Source: Pseudomonadota bacterium
GTDB lineage: Bacteria; Bdellovibrionota; Bdellovibrionia; Bdellovibrionales; Bdellovibrionaceae
Assembly: GCA_041178425.1 (NCBI GenBank)
Contig: JBEGVH010000009.1
Coordinates: forward strand, 160,001-224,000
Direction of reading: 5' to 3'
Length of the DNA stretch: 64,000 nucleotides
The position numbers and the translations under genes are program-made. Positions 40,397 through 49,692 of the stretch are shown here, one piece after another. Position 1 is the stretch's first letter; every line of letters starts with the position of its first letter. Below the pieces are notes generated by a model, which was not told the DNA's origin, did not search any database, and saw only the letters and a program-made list of their open reading frames with translations.

Positions 40397-41163
40397 TGAA
40401 TACCATGAGCGATATCAGCGCTTTGCCATTGAAGGGCAAAAATATTCTCGTAACGGGGGGCAGCCGCGGTATTGGCGCTGCCATTGCTAAACATGCAGCC
40501 GAACTTGGGGCTCGAATCGCTCTCACCTACACCTCAAAGCCCGAATTAGCAGAAACCGTTGTCAAATCGCTTCCGGGCGAAGGCCACTTTAGTCAAGCGA
40601 TGGACATCAGCAATTCTATCTCAGTAGAAGAAGGAATGAAGAAGATTTTAGAAACATTCGGAACCATCGATGGCCTTGTAAACAATGCCGGTATTACCCG
40701 CGATCAGCTCCTTTTAATGATGAAAACCGAAGACTTTGACGCTGTTATAAATACCAATTTACGCGGCACGTTCCTCGTTACTAAGTCAGTTTTAAAACCG
40801 ATGATTCGCGCCCGCAAAGGTTCCATCGTAACCATCACAAGCATTATTGGACAAACCGGCAATGGCGGACAAGCCAACTACGCCGCCAGCAAAGCAGGAC
40901 TAGAAGCCTTTTCTAAGTCGGTAGCTTTGGAAGTAGCCTCTCGAAATGTACGCTTAAACTGCGTGGCTCCTGGTTTTATTGCTACCGAAATGACTGACGC
41001 TCTCACCGAAGATCAAAAAGGCACCATTCAAGAAAAAATTCCATTAAAACAAATTGGATCTGCTCTTGATGTTGCACAAGCTGTAGCGTATCTTCTTAGT
41101 GATAATGCAAAATATGTAACCGGCCACACATTAAATGTGAATGGCGGCATGTTCATGCAATAA
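40396..41163 (+). CDS. fabG: 3-oxoacyl-ACP reductase
   Basis: TGGSRGIG, NNAGITRD, NYAASK, PGFI. Confidence 0.97.
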   Translation: MNTMSDISALPLKGKNILVTGGSRGIGAAIAKHAAELGARIALTYTSKPELAETVVKSLPGEGHFSQAMDISNSISVEEGMKKILETFGTIDGLVNNAGITRDQLLLMMKTEDFDAVINTNLRGTFLVTKSVLKPMIRARKGSIVTITSIIGQTGNGGQANYAASKAGLEAFSKSVALEVASRNVRLNCVAPGFIATEMTDALTEDQKGTIQEKIPLKQIGSALDVAQAVAYLLSDNAKYVTGHTLNVNGGMFMQ

Positions 41164-41236
41164 CAATTATTAAACAAAGATTAATAACCAAAAAAGGTGG
41201 TAAAAATCTATGGAAATGGAACTCGGAGGTAAGACA

Positions 41237-41470
41237 ATGACTATCCCTACTAAAGTTAAAGACATTATCGTTGAGCAACTTGGTGTTGATCCTGAGAAAG
41301 TAAAAGCTGAAGCTTCTTTCATAGACGACCTAGGCGCTGATAGCTTGGATATCGTTGAGCTTGTAATGGCAATGGAAGAAGAATTCGACATCGAAATCCC
41401 TGATGAAGATGCCGAAAAGCTTCGCACTGTTCAAGACGTTGCTTCATACCTCGCTTCAAAAGGTAAGTAA
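41237..41470 (+). CDS. acpP: Acyl carrier protein
   Basis: [22 protein letters not shown]. Confidence 0.98.
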   Translation: MTIPTKVKDIIVEQLGVDPEKVKAEASFIDDLGADSLDIVELVMAMEEEFDIEIPDEDAEKLRTVQDVASYLASKGK

Positions 41471-41472
41471 TC

Positions 41473-42744
41473 ATGTCTACGACATCCTCTCGTCCGGCTC
41501 GCTCCAATAGACGCGTGGTTGTTACCGGTATCGGAGCTATAACTCCTCTCGGAAACAACCTTCAGGATACTTGGAATAACGCCCTCAAGGGGATGTCAGG
41601 AATTGGTACCATCACTCGCTTCCCTGCCGAACGTTTCGATGTTCGCTTTGCTGGTGAAGTGAAGGGATTCAATCCCGAACCGCATATTAACAAAAAAGAT
41701 CAAAAAAAATTGGATCTTTTCTGTCAGTATGCTTTCGTCGCAACCCATGAAGCCTTACAAATGGCTAAGCTTGAAATCACACCCGAAGTCAGCGAACGTG
41801 CGGGTTCTGTAATTGGTGTTGGGATGGGTGGCCTCCCGTCCATCGAAGACCAAATGGAGACCTTCCTTCAGAAGGGCCCCGGACGCATCAGTCCTTTTTT
41901 CGTTCCCCTTGCAATTACAAATATGGCTTCTGGTCACGTTTCAATTCGTTGGAATCTCAAAGGCCCGAGCTACACTGTCACTTCAGCCTGTGCTTCTGGC
42001 GCTCACTCAATTGGTGAGTCCGCCGAGATGATTCGTCGTGGAATTGCCGATGTTATGATCACGGGCGGCAGCGAAAGCACCGTTTGCCCTCTCGGTGTTG
42101 GTGGTTTTGCCTCAATGAAAGCACTTTCAACTCGCAATGATGATCCTACTAAAGCGAGCCGTCCTTTCGATCGAGATCGCGATGGCTTTGTTTTGGCAGA
42201 AGGTTCAGCTGTTTTAATCCTAGAAGAACTTGAATTCGCTAAAAAACGGGGTGCACCGATCTTGTGTGAACTCACTGGCTACGGCGCTTCTTCAGACGCC
42301 TACCACATGACAAACCCAGCCCCAGGCGGAGAAGGTGCTTCTAGAGCGATTAAAGCGGCTCTGAAGGACGCTGGCCTTACTCCTGAAGCTATTAGCTACG
42401 TGAATGCCCATGGAACCTCAACGCCAGCCGGCGACGGCATGGAAACTCAAGCCATCAAATCAGTTTTTGGTGATCATGCAAAAAACCTTCTCGTCAGCAG
42501 CACAAAGAGCATGACGGGCCATACTCTCGGAGCTGCAGGCGCCATCGAATCTGCGTTTTGCATTATGAGCATTGTTGACCAAAAAGTAGCCCCCACCATC
42601 AATCTTGATAATCCTTCGGAAAACTGTGACCTCGATTATGTTCCGCATGAGGCACGCACGGCAAAGATCAACCACGTCTTGAATAACAGCTTCGGATTTG
42701 GTGGAACGAACGCTTGCCTTGTTTTCTCCAAGCTTGTCGACTAG
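41473..42744 (+). CDS. fabF: 3-oxoacyl-ACP synthase II
   Basis: SACASG, NAHGTST, KSMTGHTLGAAG, NSFGFGG. Confidence 0.97.
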   Translation: MSTTSSRPARSNRRVVVTGIGAITPLGNNLQDTWNNALKGMSGIGTITRFPAERFDVRFAGEVKGFNPEPHINKKDQKKLDLFCQYAFVATHEALQMAKLEITPEVSERAGSVIGVGMGGLPSIEDQMETFLQKGPGRISPFFVPLAITNMASGHVSIRWNLKGPSYTVTSACASGAHSIGESAEMIRRGIADVMITGGSESTVCPLGVGGFASMKALSTRNDDPTKASRPFDRDRDGFVLAEGSAVLILEELEFAKKRGAPILCELTGYGASSDAYHMTNPAPGGEGASRAIKAALKDAGLTPEAISYVNAHGTSTPAGDGMETQAIKSVFGDHAKNLLVSSTKSMTGHTLGAAGAIESAFCIMSIVDQKVAPTINLDNPSENCDLDYVPHEARTAKINHVLNNSFGFGGTNACLVFSKLVD

Positions 42745-42879
42745 TGCCAGAGTTTCTGGCCCTTGGAGTATATACCCTGGGCCAATATGGACATTCTTAG
42801 TTACACCTAAAAAAAACCTACGATTGAACCTTTGAATCAGCTATATTGAGGTCCATCTTTTAACGAGATAGGATTTTTC

Positions 42880-44679
42880 ATGAGCTTAATTCAAAACGAT
42901 TTTGTGATTGAGATTGCCACCGTCAACGGCAGTGGTAGCCAATCAGCCAATAACATTATTTTACGCAGTCTTTTTAGAATGGGCATTCCCGTTGGTGGAA
43001 AAAACTTATTTCCATCAAATATCGCCGGACTTCCTACCTGGTTTACAATTCGCGCTAATCAACAAGGATACACGGCTCGTCGAGAAAATGTTGATATTTT
43101 TGTAGCCCTTAATCCGCAAACCCTCGAAGAAGACATTCCAAAAATCAAAAAGGGTGGATGGCTTTTATATCCAGAAGAAACCAAACTTCCGGCCTCAGCT
43201 GAAACCTCCGATCTCAACAAGTTACCAATTCCCTTCAAGCAATTGGTGGACCAAGCGACCGACTCCATCAAATTAAAAAAACTTTTGGTGAATATGATCT
43301 ATGTTGGAATCCTTGGTGAACTCCTTCAAATATCGAGCGAAGTTTTAGAAAAAACGGTGAGCGATCAGTTCGACGGAAAAGCCACCGCTATTGCAAGCAA
43401 TATTAAAACCCTCAATATTGGTCGAACCTACGCAAAAGAAAACCTACAATCAAAAGGGTTTCCTTATCGCGCTGTTACTATTGATAAAAACGTCGGAAAG
43501 ATTCTTATCGATGGCAACACGGCCGGTGCTCTGGGATTATTGTTCGGTGGTTGTGGTTTTGTGAGCTGGTATCCGATCACGCCCTCCACTTCACTGGTTG
43601 AGGCTTTTGCGTCTTATGCAGAAGTTCACAGAAAAAATACTGATGGCACCAATAATGTTGCCATTGTTCAGTCAGAAGATGAACTTGCAGCTATTAGCAT
43701 GGTGGCTGGTGCTGGTTGGGCTGGAGCTCGCGCAATGACAGCCACTTCCGGCCCAGGATTAAGCTTGATGGGCGAAGCAGCAGGGCTCTTTTACTACGGC
43801 GAATTGCCAGGTGTATTGTGGGACGTCCAAAGAGTGGGCCCTTCTACGGGAATGCCCACTCGTACCGCTCAGGGAGATTTACTTTCTGCCTATAGCCTCT
43901 CTCATGGAGACACGAAGCACGTTGTCCTTCTTCCCGGCTCCGCCGAAGAGTGTTTTGAATTTGGCCAAACAAGCTTAGATCTTGCCGAAACTCTTCAAAC
44001 GCTCGTGATTGTTTTGAGTGATCTCGATCTTGGGATGAACTTTTGGATGGCCGACGAGTTTAAATATCCAACGAAGCCGTTTCAACGAGGTAAAGTCTTG
44101 AGCGCTGACGAACTCAACAAAGCAAAAGACTACGCTCGTTATAAAGATGTAGATGGTGATGGTATTCCTTATCGCACCCTCCCTGGCACACAACATCCAA
44201 AAGCCAGTTATTTCTTGCGAGGTTCTGGGCACTCAGAAAAAGCTCTCTACACTGAAAACTCAGAGGCCTATCAAAAAGTAATCGATCGACTGAGCAAAAA
44301 ATACGAAACTGCAAAGACTTTAGTTCCAAAGCCAGAGGTGATCGAAAACGCGAAGGCGAATATGGGCCTAATTGCGTTTGGATCAACCTCACTTCCTATG
44401 AAGGAAGCTCTCGACACAATGGAATCAAAAGGCTTACCGCTCAATTACCTTCGAATAAAGGCTCTTCCTTTTACAAAAGAGGTGGATGAGTTCGTAGAAA
44501 AACAATCAACGATTTTTGTGGTTGAACAAAACCGCGATGGGCAAATGGCCATGCTTTTGAAGACCCACTACCCGCAAGCAGCGGCGAAGATTCGATCCGT
44601 CTTACATTATGATGGCTTGCCAATGACTGCACAAAATATCTATTCCCCATTACTTAACGAAAAAGGGTTATCACTATGA
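42880..44679 (+). CDS. korA: 2-oxoacid:ferredoxin oxidoreductase, alpha (gamma-alpha fused) subunit
   Basis: NGSGSQS, WYPITPS, QSEDELAA, TATSGPG, QRVGPSTGMPTR. Confidence 0.93.
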   Translation: MSLIQNDFVIEIATVNGSGSQSANNIILRSLFRMGIPVGGKNLFPSNIAGLPTWFTIRANQQGYTARRENVDIFVALNPQTLEEDIPKIKKGGWLLYPEETKLPASAETSDLNKLPIPFKQLVDQATDSIKLKKLLVNMIYVGILGELLQISSEVLEKTVSDQFDGKATAIASNIKTLNIGRTYAKENLQSKGFPYRAVTIDKNVGKILIDGNTAGALGLLFGGCGFVSWYPITPSTSLVEAFASYAEVHRKNTDGTNNVAIVQSEDELAAISMVAGAGWAGARAMTATSGPGLSLMGEAAGLFYYGELPGVLWDVQRVGPSTGMPTRTAQGDLLSAYSLSHGDTKHVVLLPGSAEECFEFGQTSLDLAETLQTLVIVLSDLDLGMNFWMADEFKYPTKPFQRGKVLSADELNKAKDYARYKDVDGDGIPYRTLPGTQHPKASYFLRGSGHSEKALYTENSEAYQKVIDRLSKKYETAKTLVPKPEVIENAKANMGLIAFGSTSLPMKEALDTMESKGLPLNYLRIKALPFTKEVDEFVEKQSTIFVVEQNRDGQMAMLLKTHYPQAAAKIRSVLHYDGLPMTAQNIYSPLLNEKGLSL

Positions 44680-45710
44680 GTGAAGTAGTTGCTGGACAAA
44701 ATAAAATCGGTTTAACAAAATCTGAATACGCCGGTTCAAAATCTACCCTTTGTACGGGCTGTGGTCACGACTCTATTTCGGCGAACCTCATGACCGCATT
44801 TTACCAACAGAATATACACCCTCACAATGTGATGAAGCTTTCGGGCATTGGCTGCTCTTCAAAAACACCGGCCTACTGGCTCAATCAATCCTTTGGATTC
44901 AACTCTCTGCACGGAAGAATGGCACCCGTTGCCACCGGTGCTAAATTGGTTCGCCCGCACATGCTGGCCCTTGGAGTTTCTGGAGATGGCGATACTGCGA
45001 GCATTGGCATTGGCGGCTTTATGCATCTTCTTCGTCGTAATTTACCGATGGTGTACATCGTGGCTAATAATGGCGTTTACGGACTTACTAAAGGCCAATT
45101 CTCTGCAACTTCAGATCAAGAGATGCAGCAAAAATCTGGCAAGAAAAATCCATTTCATGCCATCGACATTTGCTCCCTTGCTGTCGATGCAGGCTGCGGG
45201 TTTGTTGCTAGAACATTTTCGGGTGATGCCAAACAACTTATTGCCCTTGTGTCTGCGGCTTTTCACCACAAAGGCACAGCCGTCATCGACGTCATTTCAC
45301 CTTGCATCACCTTTGCCAATCACGATGGTTCGACGATGAGCTACACCGCCGTCAAAAATAAAAATCATCATCTTCAAGAACTCGAGTTCATTCTAGAGTC
45401 CGCAGAGTCTAAAGTGGATTACGAAGAAGGAACCACTCAAAGAGTAAAGTTTAACGACGGCACAGAGCTAGTTCTTAAAAAACTTGATTCCCGTTCTCAT
45501 GATGTATCAAATGCAGACGACGCCATTGTATTGCTTAGAAATTCTCGTGCCAAAGGCGAAATTCTCACTGGTCTCTTCTATGCTAACGAAGACGAAAAAA
45601 CACTTGTGGAAGTCTTAAATTTACCTGCAAAATCAATAGGAGATATGAACGAAGCGGATTTGCGCCCATCGGCGCAGACACTTTCGAATATCTTAGAAAA
45701 CTTCCGATAA
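44676..45710 (+). CDS. korB: 2-oxoacid:ferredoxin oxidoreductase, beta subunit
   Basis: LCTGCGH, SGIGCSS, HGR, GDGD...NN TPP motif, YGLTKGQ, SPC. Confidence 0.93.
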   Translation: MSEVVAGQNKIGLTKSEYAGSKSTLCTGCGHDSISANLMTAFYQQNIHPHNVMKLSGIGCSSKTPAYWLNQSFGFNSLHGRMAPVATGAKLVRPHMLALGVSGDGDTASIGIGGFMHLLRRNLPMVYIVANNGVYGLTKGQFSATSDQEMQQKSGKKNPFHAIDICSLAVDAGCGFVARTFSGDAKQLIALVSAAFHHKGTAVIDVISPCITFANHDGSTMSYTAVKNKNHHLQELEFILESAESKVDYEEGTTQRVKFNDGTELVLKKLDSRSHDVSNADDAIVLLRNSRAKGEILTGLFYANEDEKTLVEVLNLPAKSIGDMNEADLRPSAQTLSNILENFR

Positions 45711-45722
45711 AGGAGTCTCAAC

Positions 45723-46895
45723 ATGAAACCATTCAGTTCACCGGATTTTTTCAACATTGAATCAATGCTTGAAAGCGAGGAGATCATGATCCGTGATACA
45801 GTTCGCGACTTTGTTAGTCGCGAGGTGATTCCGGTGATCGATGAATGTTTTATGAAAGACGAGTTTCCGCGCAAGTGGATTCCCGAGTTAGGAGCTCTCG
45901 GCGTTTTTGGTGCAACCATCAAAGGCTATGGATGCGCTGGTCTTAGTTACACAAGCTACGGACTCATCATGCAAGAACTTGAACGTGGCGACAGCGGCCT
46001 CCGTAGCGTTGTCAGTGTTCAGGGTGCACTTTGCATGCATCCGATTGCTGAGTTCGGTACCGAAGAACAAAAACAAAAGTATCTTCCTAAAATGGCCAAA
46101 GGGGAGCTGATCGGTTGCTTTGGATTAACCGAACCTGATTTTGGATCAAACCCGAGTGGCATGATTACTCGTGCCGATAAGGACGGCGATCATTACGTGA
46201 TCAATGGTTCTAAGATGTGGATCACTAACGGTGGTATTTCGGATCTGGCCATCGTTTGGGCGAAATGTCCTCAGGAAAACAACAAGGTATTGGGTTTTAT
46301 TGTTGATCGCGATACTCCTGGATTTAGCGTTCGAGACATTCATAAAAAATTTAGTCTACGCGCCTCGGTCACCTCTGAGCTTATCTTTGAAAATTGCCGT
46401 GTACCCGCCAAACAAAAGCTCAATGTGATCGGTTTAAAAGGCCCATTCTCGTGTTTAAACCACGCTCGTTATGGTATCTCTTGGGGAGCTATTGGAGCGG
46501 CAATGGCTTGCTATGATGAAGCTCTTAATTATGCTAAGACACGTATTCAATTCGACAAACCCATTGCCTCTTTTCAACTTGTCCAAGCCAAATTAGTCGA
46601 AATGTTTACCAACATCAGCAAAGATCAACTCCTTGCCTTGCAACTCGGTCGACTAAAAGACCAAGGAAAAACAATTCCTCAGCAAATCTCCATGGCAAAA
46701 ATGAATAACGTTTCAAACGCACTAAAAACCGCTCGCGTGGCGCGCGATATCTTGGGAGCATCAGGTATAACCCATGAATACCAAGTTGGCCGTCACATGA
46801 TGAACCTTGAGAGTGTGAATACGTACGAAGGCACCGAAGACATTCATCGTCTGGTACTTGGTGAGTACATCACAGGACTTCCGGCCTACCGATAG
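45723..46895 (+). CDS. gcdH: Acyl-CoA dehydrogenase, glutaryl-CoA dehydrogenase type
   Basis: ELERGDSG, GCFGLTEPDFGS, KMWITN, KFSLRASVT, NLESVNTYEGT. Confidence 0.85.
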   Translation: MKPFSSPDFFNIESMLESEEIMIRDTVRDFVSREVIPVIDECFMKDEFPRKWIPELGALGVFGATIKGYGCAGLSYTSYGLIMQELERGDSGLRSVVSVQGALCMHPIAEFGTEEQKQKYLPKMAKGELIGCFGLTEPDFGSNPSGMITRADKDGDHYVINGSKMWITNGGISDLAIVWAKCPQENNKVLGFIVDRDTPGFSVRDIHKKFSLRASVTSELIFENCRVPAKQKLNVIGLKGPFSCLNHARYGISWGAIGAAMACYDEALNYAKTRIQFDKPIASFQLVQAKLVEMFTNISKDQLLALQLGRLKDQGKTIPQQISMAKMNNVSNALKTARVARDILGASGITHEYQVGRHMMNLESVNTYEGTEDIHRLVLGEYITGLPAYR

Positions 46896-46897
46896 AG

Positions 46898-47425
46898 ATG
46901 TGCATGGTTCGACGTAGCATTGTTGGTGCGTTTAAGTACCTCATTCTAGTCACACTGATCACCGAGGCTTCACCGGCCTCGGTTTCGCTTTTTGGACTCA
47001 AGCCACTGGGCAAGATCGAGTCAACGATCGAAACTCATTGGCATGAGAACGCCCGACTACCCGCTTCGAGTGATCAACAAACTCCTCCCAAAGCTCCTCA
47101 GCCTATGGACTTTCAAACGACGTTTGGAATGACACTTAATACGGGAATGTCCGATATGGCTGAGGTTTTAAAATGCTCATCAACAATTGATCTCAACTTT
47201 TGGAGCAACCAAATCCCCAAAAGAATCCGCTCGCCTCTTTCTCTTAATATCTCACCAATCTCCACAAAAAAAACAAAAGTTGTTTTTCGAGGTGAGGTAG
47301 GTATGAATCGAACCTTTGCCGTTTCTTGGGAGACTGGACTCATCCTAGCAACCACTCAAAATTCTGAGCTACAGTTATGGACCAATCGCAATAACCCCAG
47401 ATTGCATTGGACCTTTAATTTCTAG
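46898..47425 (+). CDS. Hypothetical exported protein (RLPAS motif; beta-strand C-terminus ending in F)
   Basis: ORF follows gcdH immediately and has a hydrophobic N-terminus. Confidence 0.6.
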   Translation: MCMVRRSIVGAFKYLILVTLITEASPASVSLFGLKPLGKIESTIETHWHENARLPASSDQQTPPKAPQPMDFQTTFGMTLNTGMSDMAEVLKCSSTIDLNFWSNQIPKRIRSPLSLNISPISTKKTKVVFRGEVGMNRTFAVSWETGLILATTQNSELQLWTNRNNPRLHWTFNF

Positions 47426-47613
47426 CCACTCTTGTGCATCTTCTCAATATACTGGCGAATCACCGGGCAAAGTTCTCCGTGGTGAGTGAGTGAGCAGTGC
47501 TTTGCTCGAGCGCCGAGGTCGTTGAAAACAAAAAGCTTCAAATACTCAATTTGTTGACCTGAACAGCGAAGAATCTCTCTCCCTGAATTTAAACTTAAAA
47601 GTGTTGCCCTCAT
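47422..47613 (-). CDS. Small Cys/His-containing hypothetical protein
   Basis: 63 aa, AGGA RBS, upstream Fur box. Confidence 0.5.
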   Translation of the reverse strand: MRATLLSLNSGREILRCSGQQIEYLKLFVFNDLGARAKHCSLTHHGELCPVIRQYIEKMHKSG

Positions 47614-47687
47614 GGCATTGAGTCCTTTCCCTGAAACTAACCGTTAGTAACAGGATAGAAACAAACCTTAGACATCCACAATCCAAT

Positions 47688-47702
47688 TGATAATTATTAT
47701 CA
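47688..47702. promoter_or_regulatory. Fur box
   Basis: Perfect 7-1-7 inverted repeat TGATAAT-T-ATTATCA in an intergenic region. Confidence 0.8.
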
Positions 47703-47809
47703 TTTATTGGAAGGCAAATAAAACTCAACCGAAAGGGAATTGAGAATGAGCCGCCGTCGTAAACTAGGAACTGACCTTTATGTAAACTGAAAATATTTAT
47801 TGTGGCGGG

Positions 47810-47825
47810 TGGCTTCAGATTTGCT
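47810..47825 (+). promoter_or_regulatory. Sigma54 promoter
   Basis: TGGCTT-CAGAT-TTGCT (GG-N10-GC), 35 nt before the ATG at 47860. Confidence 0.6.
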
Positions 47826-47859
47826 TGAAATACCCGTATATAAGGGACGTTGGAGTCGT

Positions 47860-48684
47860 ATGAAACTTTGGATAAAGCTATTACATCTGCTAATATTGTT
47901 ATTGTTCGCTGGTCCTGCTCCCTCTCACGCAAACGTTTGCCGCCTATGGCTCAACAAAATGCTCAACACAGATCAATACAAGAATCAAAAACTTGAGGAA
48001 CTTCGTGATGTTAGCAGCGAAATAGATCCTATTGCCACATTTTATCAACGAATCAACAAACTCACCGATCCCTCCACTGGACTTGATTACGCCCTCCCGG
48101 GCTCCCGCGAAAACAAAACTTTGATTTTTAAAGATAAAACGCTCTTGGCCTTTCATGTCTTGCGAAAAGACAATTTTTGCTCAGAACATCTAGCGATCTT
48201 TAAAGGCCGGGTTGTTGTTTTGAAGATCTTTGATCACCCCAACCAATGGGAAGGCCACGTCCATGGTTTCGAAAGTCGATTCTACACCGAAATCGATTCC
48301 ATTAATTTCCTAAAGAATGAGAAAAAAATGAGGGTTGTTGATATTATTGACCATTCGTTAAAAGACAAGATTCTAATCAAAGAATTTATCCCTGGCCTTC
48401 CTTTATCGCGCACTCGCAGAGACACGAGGAAAATTGTGCTCAATGAATCCAACATTGTTGGGTTGGCTCTGGATTATTTTATCAGTTCATCTGATTACAA
48501 AAAGATTGATGACCTCTATCGATCGGTGCACGACCGAGTCGATTTGATAAATCGAAGTGATTACACCTTTAAGAAATGGGCCCATCAGAGGCATCTGATC
48601 GCCTATATTGATCTCACAATGCCTCAAACAACTCTCTATTGGAATGGGAACTGGTATATCAACTCCCCTTACTCACTTTATTAA
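47860..48684 (+). CDS. Secreted protein-kinase-like protein, probably a pseudokinase
   Basis: Signal peptide, VVVLKIF (beta3 Lys), TEIDS (alphaC Glu), ILIKEFIPG hinge, YIDL. Confidence 0.6.
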   Translation: MKLWIKLLHLLILLLFAGPAPSHANVCRLWLNKMLNTDQYKNQKLEELRDVSSEIDPIATFYQRINKLTDPSTGLDYALPGSRENKTLIFKDKTLLAFHVLRKDNFCSEHLAIFKGRVVVLKIFDHPNQWEGHVHGFESRFYTEIDSINFLKNEKKMRVVDIIDHSLKDKILIKEFIPGLPLSRTRRDTRKIVLNESNIVGLALDYFISSSDYKKIDDLYRSVHDRVDLINRSDYTFKKWAHQRHLIAYIDLTMPQTTLYWNGNWYINSPYSLY

Positions 48685-48685
48685 A

Positions 48686-49033
48686 TTAGTCTTTTAATGA
48701 TTCTTGCAATTTGGCATTAAGTGATTCTGCTGATTCAGAAATATGTTTTTTCACTTTTTTCCAATTTGCTTTAGATCCTTCTTCGATTTTATTGATTTCT
48801 GTGCGCAATTCATCTCGGTTGTTTTCGTACTCCTTTACCGTTTCTTTTTTTACCGAGTGCCCTTTTTTTCCAGCTTGAGATTTAAGTTCTTCAATCTTCT
48901 TGTCGATCGAATCGACTCGTGCCGACATCTCTTTTTTAAAGGTCTCATAATCTTTTTGTATTCCCTTGACGGTTTCAGAGGCAAAACTCTGCATACCAAG
49001 AAATAAAGCGATCACCATAATTATCGTTTTCAT
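48686..49033 (-). CDS. Small secreted coiled-coil protein
   Basis: Signal peptide, K/E-rich helices, AAGGAG RBS. Confidence 0.8.
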   Translation of the reverse strand: MKTIIMVIALFLGMQSFASETVKGIQKDYETFKKEMSARVDSIDKKIEELKSQAGKKGHSVKKETVKEYENNRDELRTEINKIEEGSKANWKKVKKHISESAESLNAKLQESLKD

Positions 49034-49053
49034 AAAGTCTCCTTGTTTATCAA

Positions 49054-49692
49054 TTAACGATAGCTCTTTTGCAATCGGGGGCCAACTCTAAAAAAGTAAT
49101 AGCCCGCCCCAAAGAGAGCTCCTCCCAAATGGGCCCCGTGCCCGATCGGCAGACCTCCGCCTTCGGCTTGTACAAGAAGGCCCCATAAATCCAACCCAGC
49201 AAAGAGAAGAGCACCAACCAAGGCCTTCACCGGTATCAAACCAAATAATAATATAATTTGCCGAGGAAAAATCAGAGAAAAGAGCAAAATCAGACCAGAG
49301 ATGGCCCCCGAGGCTCCCAAGGCTGAGAGATCGGGCCGACTCATGATTGTTGCTGAAACGATGGCATGGCAAAGAGAGCTAAAGGCTCCTGCCCCTAAAT
49401 AAAAACAAATAAACTCTCGGCGCCCTAATAAGTTTTCGAGAAAATGGCCAAAGTTATAAAGAACATACATATTTAAAAACAAATGTAAGAATAAATTATG
49501 AGAAAAAACCGCCGTAATCAGCGTCCAAAGGCGACCCTCCGATAGACTTTGCCAGCTCACTAAAAAGTTTTCGATCATAAATCCTTCTGGCAAAAACAAA
49601 AGCCCCTGAGTACCATTCATAGAAAAAAACCAGAGACTAAAAATAATAATATTAATGATTAAAATAGTCTTCACCGCTGGAGCATTAAGCAT
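49054..49692 (-). CDS. Rhomboid intramembrane serine protease (second copy)
   Basis: WTLITAVFSH, HLFLNM, GASG, AHLGG. Confidence 0.92.
   Translation of the reverse strand: MLNAPAVKTILIINIIIFSLWFFSMNGTQGLLFLPEGFMIENFLVSWQSLSEGRLWTLITAVFSHNLFLHLFLNMYVLYNFGHFLENLLGRREFICFYLGAGAFSSLCHAIVSATIMSRPDLSALGASGAISGLILLFSLIFPRQIILLFGLIPVKALVGALLFAGLDLWGLLVQAEGGGLPIGHGAHLGGALFGAGYYFFRVGPRLQKSYR

Noticed and set aside
47546..47932. 128-aa minus-strand ORF
   Set aside because: It spans the Fur box and sigma54 site and overlaps two better-supported ORFs
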